A DNA stretch of 64,000 nt from Dudresnaya verticillata (lineage: Eukaryota), in contig OZ374560.1 in the NCBI GenBank assembly GCA_977862235.1, forward strand, positions 1,674,001 through 1,738,000, in the 5' to 3' direction. How positions within the stretch are numbered: position 1 is the stretch's first letter; each line of letters opens with the position of its first letter. The translations under genes and the position numbers were made by a program. Positions 35,702-48,140 of this stretch are shown here, in pieces. The notes beneath the pieces are model-generated. The model was not told the DNA's origin. It saw only the letters and a program-made list of their open reading frames with translations, and did no database searches.

Positions 35702-37064
35702 CGCCCTTCCAATCCTACCATAAAGGTCCCCATCTCTCTTTCGGTACGTAGGTTGCGCTGGAAACCAAACTGCATACGGTGTGGGGAAAAAACTCCCTCG
35801 ACATCGTAGGCAATCGCGCGTTCTATCACCTTGTGTAGGTCGGAGAGCATGCACAGTGGCCTATAGTTGTTTGGTTCGTCCCGAGGGCCGTGCTTGTGGA
35901 CTGGTACGAGTAGACCCGATACCCAGCCACGGGGAAAGATTCGAAAATGGCCACAGCATCGCCAGATCGAGAAGAGGAGGTCTGCGGAGATCTCGGGGTG
36001 TAACTTCAGCATCTCGACGTGGGTTTGGTCAGGACCCACCGCTTTCCCGCTGCCCATGCTTGTGATGGCCCGAAGTAGGGACGCGTGGAAGGACGGGGGG
36101 CATAGAATTCCCGACGCTCGGGGGTTGGGGGCGTGGCCGCTGGCGAACGCATGTGGTTGGTAAAGCGTTTGAGGGAGAGGGCGGGGCCAGTGGAGTTGAT
36201 GAATGCCAGCCGGCGCCGTCGTTTCGTCTGCTGCGCTCGGATGGCATGGGCGATTTTGGAGTGCGGCCGTCGGAACAGCTCGTCGTGAGAGCGTTCTTTG
36301 CGTTTGCGCTTCAGCGCGCGGGCGCGGGAATGGATGGTTCCCTGTAGGGTTCGGTATTCCAGTTCCGCAGCGGCATGGGCTGGTGTCCCGGCCGATCGCA
36401 GCATGCGTTGGAACGCCCGACGACGAGTTCGACGTAGAGAGTCAAGTTCAGGTGAGCAATGGGGCTTGTACCGGCGGGGACGAAGTGGGACGACAGAGGA
36501 CCAGGGCTTGGTCAAGAGGTCAGGTAGCTTGTCGAGGATACATTGGGCCTGCTCCGGTGTGGAGGATCGGTCGAGCTCCGCGATGAACGGCGGGACGGAT
36601 TCTTCGTATTCTTGTATGACCCGTTCGTAGTGTCTCGGGTTACCCAAGGTCGTCTTTGTGACTCGCAGCCGTCCGGGATTGTCGATCTCAGGGGCATCGG
36701 TGATGTCGTGGGCGGCTCTGGCTAACTGTACGACGACAGGGGCGTGATTGCTTGACCCGTCCAACGGACCTTCCTTCACAGTGGGCTGCAGGGCTTGGGC
36801 GTGGCTGGACACGCAGAGGTCGATAGTACTGGTACCGCCGCTGCCGTTGCGGCTCAGGAAGGTTGGTTGTGGAGGGGCGGACACGGAGAACGGGTGTTGA
36901 CTACACCAAGCAGCGAGAGCCTGGCCACGGACGTTGCGGACGGAACACCATGTCGGGTGACGGGCGTTCAAGTCGCCCATGAGGAGAGTCGGGTGGGTAG
37001 AGTGAGAGTTGACCTGTTCGAGGATTTCCACGAGCGTTGCGGCGTCGACGCGGGGACTGATGTA

Positions 37065-37930
37065 TGTGATACAAACGTCTGAAGACGGAACACCGCCGAG
37101 CAGTTCGGGGCTCGGTGGGTAGCTGCGCCCGTGGCGGTGAGTATTCTCGCCTTGGGCGGCTTGTGGTAGAGCATAGGAGACGCCTTGGGCGGACTGTAGA
37201 CGCCCGAGGCGGAAGGGAAGGAAAAAGGGAGCAGAAAGGAAACAAGTCAAGGACAGCGATAGACGTGGAAGCACGGGAGGTAAACGCTTGAGCCGTAGGC
37301 AGCGGTAGGGTACGTGCGTGCGGAACGGAGAAGTCTGGACCAAGGCCGGCTCGTCCGGGGTTTACTCAGCGTCTCAGACGGATTACCTCATATACTACGT
37401 GGGCGACGGCGGCGGGCGCGGTGCGCGGGAACTCAGGACGCGTGTCGCGCCGTCGAGTGTATGACACATCGTCGTCGATATGCAGCCGCGTGCGCGGGAG
37501 CTCAGGAGTAGCTTACAAGCGTGCGTGCGAGTAATGGGTGACTTACAGGCGCATGCGTGTAGCAGTGCGGGTGATCCGGATTCGGATCCAGATCCCCGCC
37601 AGCATTGCTGGCGCGCGGGCATTACAGGCGCGCTCCTTACATCATTGTGGATCCCGATGCCGGATCCCGATGACCCATCCGGATCCGATCCGGATCCGGG
37701 CCAAGCTTACACGCGTGCGCCTTGCGCCTTGCCGATCGGGATGATGCATCCGGATCTGCCCGTCCAGTGTGCGCGTGCGCCGTGCCGCGCGGGGTAACGG
37801 CGGCCGTGTGTCCGTGGGCCAATCGTCCATGACGTGTTCGCGCGCCAACGGCGGTTGAAGTGCCGTCGGTAGACGTTGGCATATTTATACGCTCACAGCG
37901 AAAAAGGAGCAGCCCTCCCCTTGCACCACA
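37065..37930 (-). repeat. 3' LTR, TGTGGTGCAA family (copy 2), inserted in a LINE endonuclease
   Basis: TGTGATACAA...TTGCACCACA ends. The adjacent minus-strand TTTTGCGAGGGGGTCG is PPT-like. Closely similar to 58020-58929. Confidence 0.85.
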
Positions 37931-38098
37931 CGACCCCCTCGCAAAACGCGAACACGTCCGCCGCAAGCTTGCGTTTTTCTGCGGATCCCACTTCGTCATG
38001 CGTGCGTTCCTGCGTTCCGGCTGTGTCGTGCTAACTTCGCGTGCTGCGCGTTGCGTCCGGCGAGCTCTCCCTCGCTCTCTCTCTTCACCGTGCATCAT

Positions 38099-38378
38099 CG
38101 CCGCTGGCGCATTGTGACGCCCGTCAACGACGCCACATCCAATTCGTCGCCTGGGGGTGTCAGCTGCATCTTCGTAGACGAGTTGTGGGAATCTCATCGC
38201 CCAAGGCGCAGGTGTTTCCCTCTGTGATGCAGCTCATCGTAGTCGCCTGTGGTGCGGAACAAAAGGCGTCCTTGACGTCAGCAAAAAGTAGAACCGCCTG
38301 TGGCGTTAGGCAGGAGTCGTCGTTGACGTTTGTTTGACCTTAAGCGCCAGTGGCGTAAACGAAGTTGCGTCGCCGATG
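38099..38378. repeat. Phased array of 12 CGYC-N3-GRCG palindromes (copy 2)
   Basis: Sites at 38099, 38122, 38148*, 38170*, 38198, 38219*, 38244*, 38267, 38295, 38318, 38345 and 38368* (* = imperfect). Confidence 0.85.
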
Positions 38379-38380
38379 AT

Positions 38381-39140
38381 ATGCCGACGTTCAATGGTGT
38401 TCAGGTCGCGGCGCCCTCGGCCGCGCCGGTATACTTGTCGCTGTACGACTTCGTCGGGAAGAACCCGCAGGATCACAGGGAAATCTTCGCGCAGGCCCCC
38501 TGGTTTTACCAGGAGGCCTTGCGCAATAAGGAGCTCATTGCTGATTACGCTACTAGCGGATTTTTGCCGGGGGGACTCCCCCTTGCCTTCTTCTGGACGA
38601 TGGATTGGACGTTGCGCTGCGCAGTGCAGCCCGAGTGGCTGTGGGTTCGCGCAGGGCAATCGCGTGCGGGCGTTCATGCCAAGTTCGTCGCAGACGTGTA
38701 TCGTCGCTCCACGCGTTATCCGTGCTCGGCGTTAACGCCGGCCATCTTTGAGTTTGATGCCGGTCAATACCGGACCAATGGTGAGATCTAATATGGGAAT
38801 CGTCTAGGGACGTTATCGCTCAAATATCTGAGCATCTCGGCAGAGCCGCGTATCAGATAGGAGGCGTACCTTCTGGGAGTATACTTGAAAGCGGATTTCC
38901 GTTACCAACACCGAATGGGTAAGTTCTTTTGGGAAGGGTGCATCCGTTGGGAATGTGAAACGAGTCGCCGAAAGGGCGTCTTTGTGGCCTACCAGAATAT
39001 GCAGGTCGATCATATCGAACGCAGTACGTTGCCTCACTGCTTCGTGAAGTTGCCGCCCGTGTGGCGAGAGTTCGAAATTTGCGAAGGTTTCGCTGCCGAA
39101 CTTCCTCCGTGTCTCACGTATATCGGGTCGGAGTTAATGA
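38381..39140 (+). pseudogene. Accessory ORF of the LTR element (copy 2), two in-frame stops, truncated after GSELMT
   Basis: MPTFNGVQVAAPSAAPVY...LPHCFVKLPPVWREFEICEGFAAELP, collinear with copy 1. Confidence 0.8.
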
Positions 39141-39141
39141 C

Positions 39142-41680
39142 GGACCGGTCCCGCGTCGGGCGATGAAAGCTCGTACGAAGACCGTCGCAGACGCAAGGAT
39201 CGGAATAGACGCCGCCGTAAGCTGCGTCATGGACGGAAGAAGAACCGTCATCGACGTGGGGATTCATCCTCGTCATCTTCGGACTCGTCAAGTGACGGAG
39301 ATTCATCTCACTCTTCGTCTGAAGAGGACCGTTTTCCGACCAACGGCAGTGACGGAGAGTCATCTCACTCTTCGTCTGAAGAGGACCGTTTTCCGACCAA
39401 CGGCAGTGCCGTGCGACCTCACGGAAAGCGGTACAAAGGGTTGAAGGAACTACGCCCCTCCAACCCCCTTTTCGATCAATTGCTATAGTATAGGACGTAT
39501 CGTCTCCAAGAAGTCCGACAGAAACGCTCGGGACGTGAAACGGGTAAGGTGAAGGACCATATCAAGCGCCTGGAGCTGACCATGAAGGACACCGCCTTTG
39601 ACGGCAGCGACCCCGTCATGATCCTGGAATTCCTAACGCAATTCGCGGATGAAGCGGATACGCTGGAGATGAGCGAGGCACAAGCGTTTGTCTCACTGCC
39701 GTACTTCTTGCGAGGTACGGCAGCCACGCAATTCCGGACCAGTCTACATTTTCACGCCACCGCGGCGGGGTGTCCTCGTATCCGGAGGATGTACAGTACC
39801 TCCTCCGTACTCATGCTACGCCAGCGGCGATCTGTGACACCGTCTTTGGCCTACGTTCGACCTTTCAGAAGCAAAGCGAGGACGAGACGACCTGTAGGGT
39901 ACGGCTTGCCGGGCCGTCTATCCGTTGCGGTAACGTGTACCCCGACTGGGAGGCGATGGCACTGTATATAGACGGATTAGACCCATCTATCAGGTCACTC
40001 GTGGCTCGCTTTCGAGAAGAAACACCAGCTTAGTGTTTCTTCTCGAAAGCGGGCCACGAGTGACCTGATCGAGTCCCTGAAGGACGGAATTGTCATTCGA
40101 GCGGTTGGTCCACTTCGCACAGGACGAAGGGGACTCCAACCGCGCACGACACGGCAAAGCCGGCTCCGCTTCAGAACGACGAGATAACCTGATACCGGCT
40201 CAAGCCACGCGTGCGTCGCGCCCCGCCACCAGCGATGCCCGAGGGGTACGCGTCAACAGACGAGAGGCCAAAAGCTCGGAGCACACGCTATAGCAGCGGA
40301 TTCTTCCGTCCAGTTCCAAGACGCTAGCCGCCATGTCGATGACATGGAGACACACGCCGATGGTGATCTCTACTTGGCAGACGAACAAGCGTCCATGCCA
40401 ACTTCGGCGTTGCCGACGGACAGCTACGTCGAAGACGAAGAAACAATGGGAATCGATCCTGCTCTCGCCTTTGGGCGTTCTGTTGTTCCCGCGCCACGCG
40501 TTCCGTATTCGGAGTATGCTCTGCACGTCCACCGGGAAAGGTCCGGGTGTCTGGACCGAGTTCCGTTCCGTCAAGATGCGCGTCGAAAGTTGGTATGCCA
40601 TCAATGTTACACTCGCGGGCATATCGCGCCAGGCTGCTTCCTCCGCATGAGCGACTTCATGAAGGTTATTACCAATTATGAAGGCTTAACCGACGCCGAG
40701 AAGGCGGATGTCCCTGCTGATGCGAACGTCCCTTGTAAGAAACGCGCGAGTCGCGACTCTGCCCGCCGTGCTGTCCGACCGCAATCGCCACGAGGCGGAA
40801 TAATGCCGCATGCGGCAGAACGTCACCCGACGATGATTAATCACTACGTAGCGCCACAACCACCGCCTGAGGCAAAAAAACTAAAAAGGGCACCGAATCC
40901 GGACACTGGAGGGCGTTGGCACGGAAGGAGGGCCCGAAGTTAGTTACTGATGACGCCAAGGGGCGGAAAGGATCGTTTCAGACGTCATTGAAACACACAT
41001 GGCGAAGGTACCACCCCTCAAGGCGAGGGGACAGATGTTCGCAATGGCCAAAAGGAACAAAAAGGTATACGCCGACTTGAGCGCAAACCGTTAGTACCTT
41101 GGCACGTAAACGCAGTGTCCTAGACGTGGGGGCTGGTCTGAATTTCATCCGTATTGACGACATTCCGCTGGAAGCGCGATCACGTATCGTGGCGAATGGT
41201 CTCCCCATCATATTCGACGCCAACAAGAAGGCCATTCAGACACGAGCAACCATCGACACCTGGTCTTACGTCTGGGATGGCGCGTCTTCAAATTGGAACT
41301 GATCGTTTTTGAACAGCTCGCTGCGCCGGTTATACTCGGTTGCGACTTTTGCCACCGCTTTGTCGAATCGATGTATCCGCGGAGTCGCGAGATTGAATTG
41401 AGGGGACTCGTATCCCTATAACGCGCCGTCCACTGCACCGACCCCCGTCGTATCCCCCTTTACCAACGAAACAGGAATACGGCAAGGCCGAAGGAAGGAC
41501 GTCGCCCAAGATACGAGCAACGGAGGGTACGATCATCCCGCCCCAGATGGAGCAATTGATATGGGTGACCACCGAGCGCGCCGGCGTTATTACGATTCAA
41601 CCGTTCGGAATGATGTAGCACAGACAAGGTCTGGCCGTTACGAACGGAATTTCTCAAGTCAAGGCGCTAAAAGCGTTCCG
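39142..41680 (+). mobile_element. Degenerate Gypsy gag and protease fragment
   Basis: FDGSDPVMILEFL gag core, CHQCYTRGHIAPGC knuckle, AAAAAAC-TAA at the gag end, VLDVGAGLNFI protease, VILGCDF. In-frame 57-bp tandem duplication at 39291-39407. Confidence 0.85.
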
Positions 41681-43399
41681 CATCAGATAAATCGATGTGT
41701 AACCAACACGTCCATATGACACTACATCACCATAAACTATGCCCTGTATGTTGCATACCGACAGCTTTAACCGTTACCTCTTGCGCGTGAAGGGTCGGAC
41801 GGGATGATTCAGGCCGCGAAAAAATGTACTTGACCCCAAACATTGCGGCGTCATGCACATTTCAACTGTCGATTTGTTCTCATAAACCTTAGATGCGGAT
41901 ACTCCAAATCAGAGATTCTGGAATACCCGCAAAAAATCTTGTAAGGCACCGTGAGCATCGTCCTGTCTTCGAAAGGCTCTAAGCAGGTCGCGATGATGTT
42001 TCCGGTGCATACGGCATGGCTGGCTCGAGCATGCACTATATTAATGAAGTACGGACATGTAGTTGTTAAATCAGCTAGAGCGGATCTTATCTCATTTTAA
42101 AAGCAACCCAAGATAGGTTGAGACAGGACCTGCGTCCGCTGGAACAGCTATGTGACCTTCTGAAGAGCAGAAGGTTTTGTGCCACAGGTTTCGAACTTAC
42201 CCCACTGGTTCGATTTGGAGCTATCAGATGCGGCCCTCAGGGAGCTTGCGGGGCGGTGGCGACTTGTTCTGGTGATAGGGGTGCTTGAACGGCAAGAATC
42301 GAAGGCATGGCGGATCGATGTTTGGGTCGATGGTCCACTTCGGGGAGTTGAAGGGCCCAAGATGGTGTCGCGGTCACGGAGCTGAAGAGCGACGTGTTAC
42401 CGGGTTTTATGATGCCGGATGAAAACGAAATGGGCTGCTGCAGTAGTTTATAACCAGCCGCATCGATGCTGTGAGGAACTAAAATGACGCTTTACACATG
42501 TTCGGAATCGACCCTGGGCAGTGCTAGAGCTACCTATTCTGGATGAGGGCTCCAAAGGAGATACATTTCGTCTCCCCTATGTTCCCAGAACGTTTCTGTA
42601 ATACGTTTCGCCCGAGCGGCAGGTGATCCTTGAGGAGGCCAGTATCGCGCCGAAAGGTCCCCATCTGGAGTGATTTAGCTAATGAATCTATCAATGAAGG
42701 CGTTGCGTCTAAGTCTCACATGTTCGACGTTCGAATGAGACGGCATGCTTCTCGGTTCAACGCTGATGGAATCCATGATGCCTTCAGACTGATAGTCATT
42801 TATCGCAACTGGGAATGGAGTCGGAGAAGCTCGGACACTTGTGTGCTGGACTCGGCGTTACAATATTGGAGACTATATGAAATACAACCATGTATTACAC
42901 GCGGATCAGGACCGTATCGTTCTTGCCACATAGTTTGGCTTGTATTATGTCCGTGTCTAGTGTATTTCTTAAGGCCTTTACCGCCCGTATACTCTATTGT
43001 CTATAGAAGAATGGAATGTCGGCGTAGAAAAGGAGACCAAACGGCTTGGGCCCCAACAAAGCCCTGGAGATATATTGGAATCCAAAGTGTCTTCGTAGCC
43101 TTCATCTGCTGCATCGGTTTTTAGATGCAGGCACTTTATGCCTCCACAAATTAGTCGCCCATCCCTAGCAGTCATTGCACTCTAACCTACCAGATGTATT
43201 CTTCCCGCCTTGGAAATAGGGATACTCTGTTCTCGATATCGACCACAATGGGACTGCCCGGATTCGAAATCTCGTATACCACACGGGTAAAGAGCAATTA
43301 ACCCCTAGGGTCAGCCACCAGCCTCAGACGAAAGTACGTCAGAACTGGCGGCGCTGCAACCATGAAGCTCAATGGTGCTTCCCAATGTTCGAACCAGGC

Positions 43400-45610
43400 T
43401 AGGGTTGCGGAATAGCAGGTGGATAGTTCACTGGACATAAAGGTGTGAACTTGCACGCACTGGTACGTCAGGAGGATACCGTAGCCGTTCCCCTAACGGC
43501 CCTCCCACCGCTGAGCTATGCCAATAGCTCGACGCGCTTTCCCGATCGACGAACTTGTAACAGAACGAGCGGTACTCTACCGGCAGAGTTGGGTGGTACC
43601 ACGCCCAGTGCGACTCGCGGAACGTATGCCCAATGTTGCTGTCCAGGATCCGGACCAATACTTCAAGTGTAGTATAACATATACGTAGTCCACAGAGAGG
43701 CTGGAAAGCCTGGAAGGTGTGAGGAAACACGAAAACACGGAGAAAGCGAATGGGGCGGTAGCGCGATAGAGCTGGCGACCGACGTCCAGGGCCGCGGTGT
43801 CAACGTATGCGTGTGCGGAAGGGAGAACTGCGAGCTAGTGATCGCGGGGGTAATCTCGGTGAGCGGGTCTATCGGAAACGAGACTCAACCGTATCCGTGA
43901 ACACGAACTCAAAGACACCGAAACATGAAGAAAAAGAGATTGCCGAAGACTCCGAAGTCCAGGCGCTAGTTGCTTACCCGGGTTCCTTCAGAAGTGGAGC
44001 TAGACTATTTAAATAGTACGTACACGGGTACATATGAACGTCAACTCGGGAAACGGCTCGCATCCAACTAATACGTAACAGCCTCGGATCCTACGAACCG
44101 TCACCTTACGTATTGTGGCGGTTACGCATCACGACAGCAATACACACTGGGGCACACGCGCATCATGGGCCTCGGTGTCGTTCGCGCAAGAAGTGACGGG
44201 AAAACACGGAGTTGTCAGCGATTTGGGATACAATAGCGCACTGTAATGCGAATTTCATCGCGGCGCGCGTAACCACGAAGTCATCTCGAAATTGATATTT
44301 TTCGATTGTTTTCACGTAGATCTCGGAGTCCGAGCACGGGGAGCCCTTATACCACATCGAGATAATCGACCTCGCCTAGCGTGCGATCCGTCCATGTTTC
44401 AACGTCCATCACTGGCGGGATGCGTTCTCTGCACAGGGTGCACTCGAGGTGGTCTAACAGGACCCGGACAAAGGCTCGGCAACTGTCTTGAGAGGTACGC
44501 CTATGGCGGTGAGTCAATGCCTCGGGGTTCATGTCAATACGGAACATCCAGTCACGACTAGTGGTTGCAAACACATGCAGGCTGCCCGGAGACGAGCCAG
44601 AGGCGTCCTTATAAACCTTAAATATATTCGGGTTGCGCGCGGACTCCATGTCAAACTATGAGGCTCTTTAGAAGGGCAGCGGGGTGCGTCCGATTGGCTT
44701 ACCCATACCTGAGATTCGGTTGAAAATCGGCTCGACGCAGGGACCGTCAAAAGTCCCGCGTGAGACAGCAGGCGATTTCGTAAATGGTCCATCTCGCCAC
44801 ACGAAGCGTAGGCATAGGAAGCGAGGTTGACTCACTCGATCGAGCACAGGTCGGCTCTGTTCTGGTTAGCCTTCAGCGACACGAAGGGGCAGCGGCGCCC
44901 CGGCTTATATTACCCCTTTTGCGCACCGCATTGAGGTGCAGAATCGAGGACGATTGGGGCCAGGCGAAATATTTTTTAGTGCTTTTTGAGTGTGGACGCT
45001 CAATGCTTCGATGGGGGATCTGCATTGCACTGGCGCCCACCCCGCTGGTCTAATCCAATTTCAAGTCCCCGCCTTACAGGCGCTCCTTTTTACAGGCGCA
45101 TCGTTGCCCACTGACTTACAGCACGTTCTACAGTTCGCACGAGCAGGCCTATTCAGCTCTCCTGTTCAGACCTATATTTTGACCTAGCGCTTACAGGCCG
45201 AAGTAGTGAAAGCGCGCGCGCCGACGCCGCCGCACCGGTGGTGGTACCACATATCCCCCTAGGGCTGCGCATCTGGTAAAAGGAGGGACATCGACCCTCG
45301 GGTCCAACAGTTCGGTGCCAAACGTGGAGTCGCGTGGAACCCGAGTAGCCTCAGTTTTGGGAAGTCGGTACCGGCCGAGTCCCTGTGACGCTATCTGCTC
45401 GTGTAAATCCATAAGCACAGATCGACCCCGTTTACAAGTTCTACCGAGAGCTCGGTACGGGCTAACCTACACCTACTGTCTATATTCTCCCTTTTCTTCC
45501 TTCCTTTCCTTTCCTTAGTGCCCCTCCACCTTTTCCCTTGCAGGGTGGTCTACCGCACCGCGCCCGGACTTTTCGGATGGCCTTACGATTATGCCTTCCT
45601 TTTCCCTCTA
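43400..45610 (+). mobile_element. Possible 3' end of another LTR element (PPT-like GGGGGATC ~45013-45020, LTR-like 45021-~45610) with opposite-strand ORF remnants
   Basis: TTACAGG clusters and a CT-rich block downstream of a G-run. Broken minus-strand ORFs start at ATG 44792. Confidence 0.35.
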
Positions 45611-45619
45611 TTGGGACCT

Positions 45620-46580
45620 TTAGAGGTGGGTTATAAGTGCTGCAAAATTGTAACCAATTGAGAAATAGCCGCACCGGAGAAGGTTTGTAATACACCTTCC
45701 CACACCCAGAGTCGGGAACATCCCGCATTTCTCACCAAATCCGGGCCATCCCTTGGCTTTTGGATAGCTTCTCGTCTGTAATGAACACCGAAACGTTGTA
45801 GTGTCTACAACAAGTCCAAGATGTTCACGTCTTGTAGTACCGTGTACCCAAACTATTTTCTGGGGTGTCCAAGCCCTAACTTGGGTAATAACGCCTCTAA
45901 TAAGGCAAATAGATTCACACAATCTTGAGATAAGCTTGGAACCGTAGCAATTCTTGTTACAAATATTTATTCGTTGACAAGTCGCACCGCCTTCGGCGGG
46001 GGCGGCGCTGCGCGCCGCTAGACCGCGCCTTCGGCGCGGGACGGCACTGAGTGCTGGTATGATAGTCCCCGCGCCGAAGGCAGGCGCGGGGTGTGACGGC
46101 GGTCGCGCGCGCACAAAAGTAAAGGACCAAATTAACAAATCACGCGCACAGCGAAGGTGTCGGCTGTAAGGAGCACCATCCAGCCAATCAATGGTGAGCT
46201 TTGCTGCTGCTGATTTTTTTCATTGGCGCTGCGGCCGTGTATTTTAGATATAATTTCGGATGCGTAGAAGCTATTTTGGTGCCAAGTGGATTTGTTGGCG
46301 CATCGATATAGAATTTTGTTTATTTTTCGAGACGTGGCCGGGCTATTACTACCCTTTGGGCGGTCATACCCCTACAAATTCTTATTACTATAAGGTAAAC
46401 AAGTCGCACCGCCTTCGGCGCGGGACGGCACTGAGTGGTGGTTAGTCCCCGCGCCGAAGGCAGGCGCGGGGTGTAACGGCGGTCGCGCGCGCACAAAAGT
46501 AAATAACCAAATTAACAAATCACGCGCACAGCGAAGGTGTCGGCTGTAAGGAGCACCATCCAGCCAATCAATGGTGAGCT

Positions 46581-46613
<33 letters not shown>

Positions 46614-47704
46614 ATTTTTTTCATTAGCGCTGCGGCCGTGTATTTTAGAAATAATTTCGGATGCGTAGCAACTATTGTGGCGCCAAGTGGATTTGTTCGC
46701 GCATCGATATACAAATTTGTTTATTTTTCGAGACCTGGCCGGGCTAATACTACCCTTTGGGTGGTCATACCCATACAAATTCTTACTCTAAGGTTAACAA
46801 GGGCAACGGCGCGGAGCTGCGCGCCGCTATGCACCGCGCAAGGGCAACGACGCGGCGCTGCGCGCCGCTATGCGCCGTGCAGCCGCGCCGAAGGCGTGAC
46901 AGAGGTTTGTAACCTCTGTGGCAGGATGGGATACTGTGGGATACCGGGGTAGGTTGGGGTCGCTTGATAACGACAGGTGTCTTACAATTTCTTTGTGATG
47001 ATATTCGTTCTAGGCCCCTAGGACAGGTGCGGTTTTAATCACATAAATTAAGAATGGAGGCGCACGGCGGGACTGTAAGATCGGGTCACTGTAGCGCGGC
47101 GGCGCGTCTGTCAATTTATTGTCAGAAAATCGGAGCGCACCAATGGGCGCGCGTTGCGGCAAAATGCAGCCAATCGGGTGGCACGGCTTGGCGGTCAGCC
47201 AATGGGGTTGCAGCTTTGCTGCTGCTGCTGCTGCTGCCGCTGCTGATGCTGCTGCTGCTAATGCTGCTGATGCTGCTGATGCTGCTGATGCTGCTGCTGC
47301 TGCTGCTGCTGAATTTTTCTATTGGGCATAAAAGGGTGAACTGATAATATTTTTAGGCGTGCGTAGAAATAGGTTTGGCGGCAAGGGATGGTAATGGCGG
47401 GCGGATGTTTATTTTTTGTAATTTTTTACGTGTACGAAGCCCTCGAGGGGCCTCGTACACTGACTAATCATTACTATGGGGAGAACAAGTCGCACCGCCT
47501 TCGGTGGGGGCGGCGCTGCGCGCCGCTAGACCGCGCCTTCGGCGCGGGACGGCACTGAGTGGTGGTTAGTCCCCGCGCCGAAGGCAGGCGCGGGGTGTAA
47601 CGGCGGTCGCGCGCGCACAAAAGTAAATAACCAAATCAACAAATCACGCGCACAGCGAAGGTGTCGGCTGTAAGGAGCACCATCCAGCCAATCAATGGTG
47701 AGCT

Positions 47705-47743
<39 letters not shown>

Positions 47744-48140
47744 ATTTTTTTCATTGGCGCTGCGGTCGTGTATTTTAGATATAATTTCGGATGCGTAGAA
47801 ACTATTGTGGCGCCAAGTGGATTTGTTGGCGCATCGATATAGAATTTTGTTTATTTTTCGAGACGTGGCCGGGCTAATACTACCCTTTGGACGGTCATAC
47901 CCCTACAAATTCTTACTATAAGGTAAATCCGTTGCAATACTAGACAGTGAACAGCGGGCCCATGTATAAAGCGATATGTCGAGTGAGGGGACGCAAGATA
48001 TCACAGATGCAGTATGGTGACCTTGTCCAGCCAAAAGGAAGTGAGATAAATCGATATAATGCGTCCTTATAACGGAACAGGAACCATTTCCACATACGGG
48101 TGCGTTCGCATATGTCTGTAGCCATATTTTCAATCAAATG
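45620..48140 (-). mobile_element. DIRS/Ngaro-like (tyrosine-recombinase retrotransposon) RT remnant split by the Helitron-like array
   Basis: YRFISLPFGWTRSPY right of the array and GTTRREHLGLVVDT left of it, in the expected order. No recombinase seen. Confidence 0.55.
45978..47927 (-). mobile_element. Head-to-tail array of four non-autonomous Helitron-like elements: A1 45978-46399, A2 46400-46797, B 46798-47485, A3 47486-47927
   Basis: Each unit on the minus strand starts TT and ends in a GC hairpin plus CTTG. The array sits at an A|T site with no TSD. Each unit has an internal (CTG)n tract. Confidence 0.7.

Larger units (their letters stand above)
31334..35738 (+). mobile_element. Near full-length CRE-type RLE non-LTR retrotransposon with two ORFs
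   Basis: 12-bp TSD TTTCGGTACG(C/T)A at 31322-31333 and 35739-35750. Removal restores the host LINE frame QRNLRTEMAV. Short TCTCTC tail. Confidence 0.93.
29715..37064 (-). mobile_element. APE-RT LINE carrying two nested insertions and cut at its 5' side by an LTR
   Basis: APE motifs YISP, GDLNARH, STIDL, SNHAPV; RT motifs NYRPLCML, QFGFQ, LDLKRAY, GVVQGSPLSPILFN, FADD, AIRWHL. The frame rejoins across both inserts. Confidence 0.92.

Noticed and set aside
36006..37343. 445-aa ORF as one protein
   Set aside because: Chimera: the N-terminal ~93 codons are LTR sequence read into the LINE endonuclease.
46512..47344. PolyQ, polyL and polyA ORFs
   Set aside because: Translations of CTG microsatellites within non-coding repeats.
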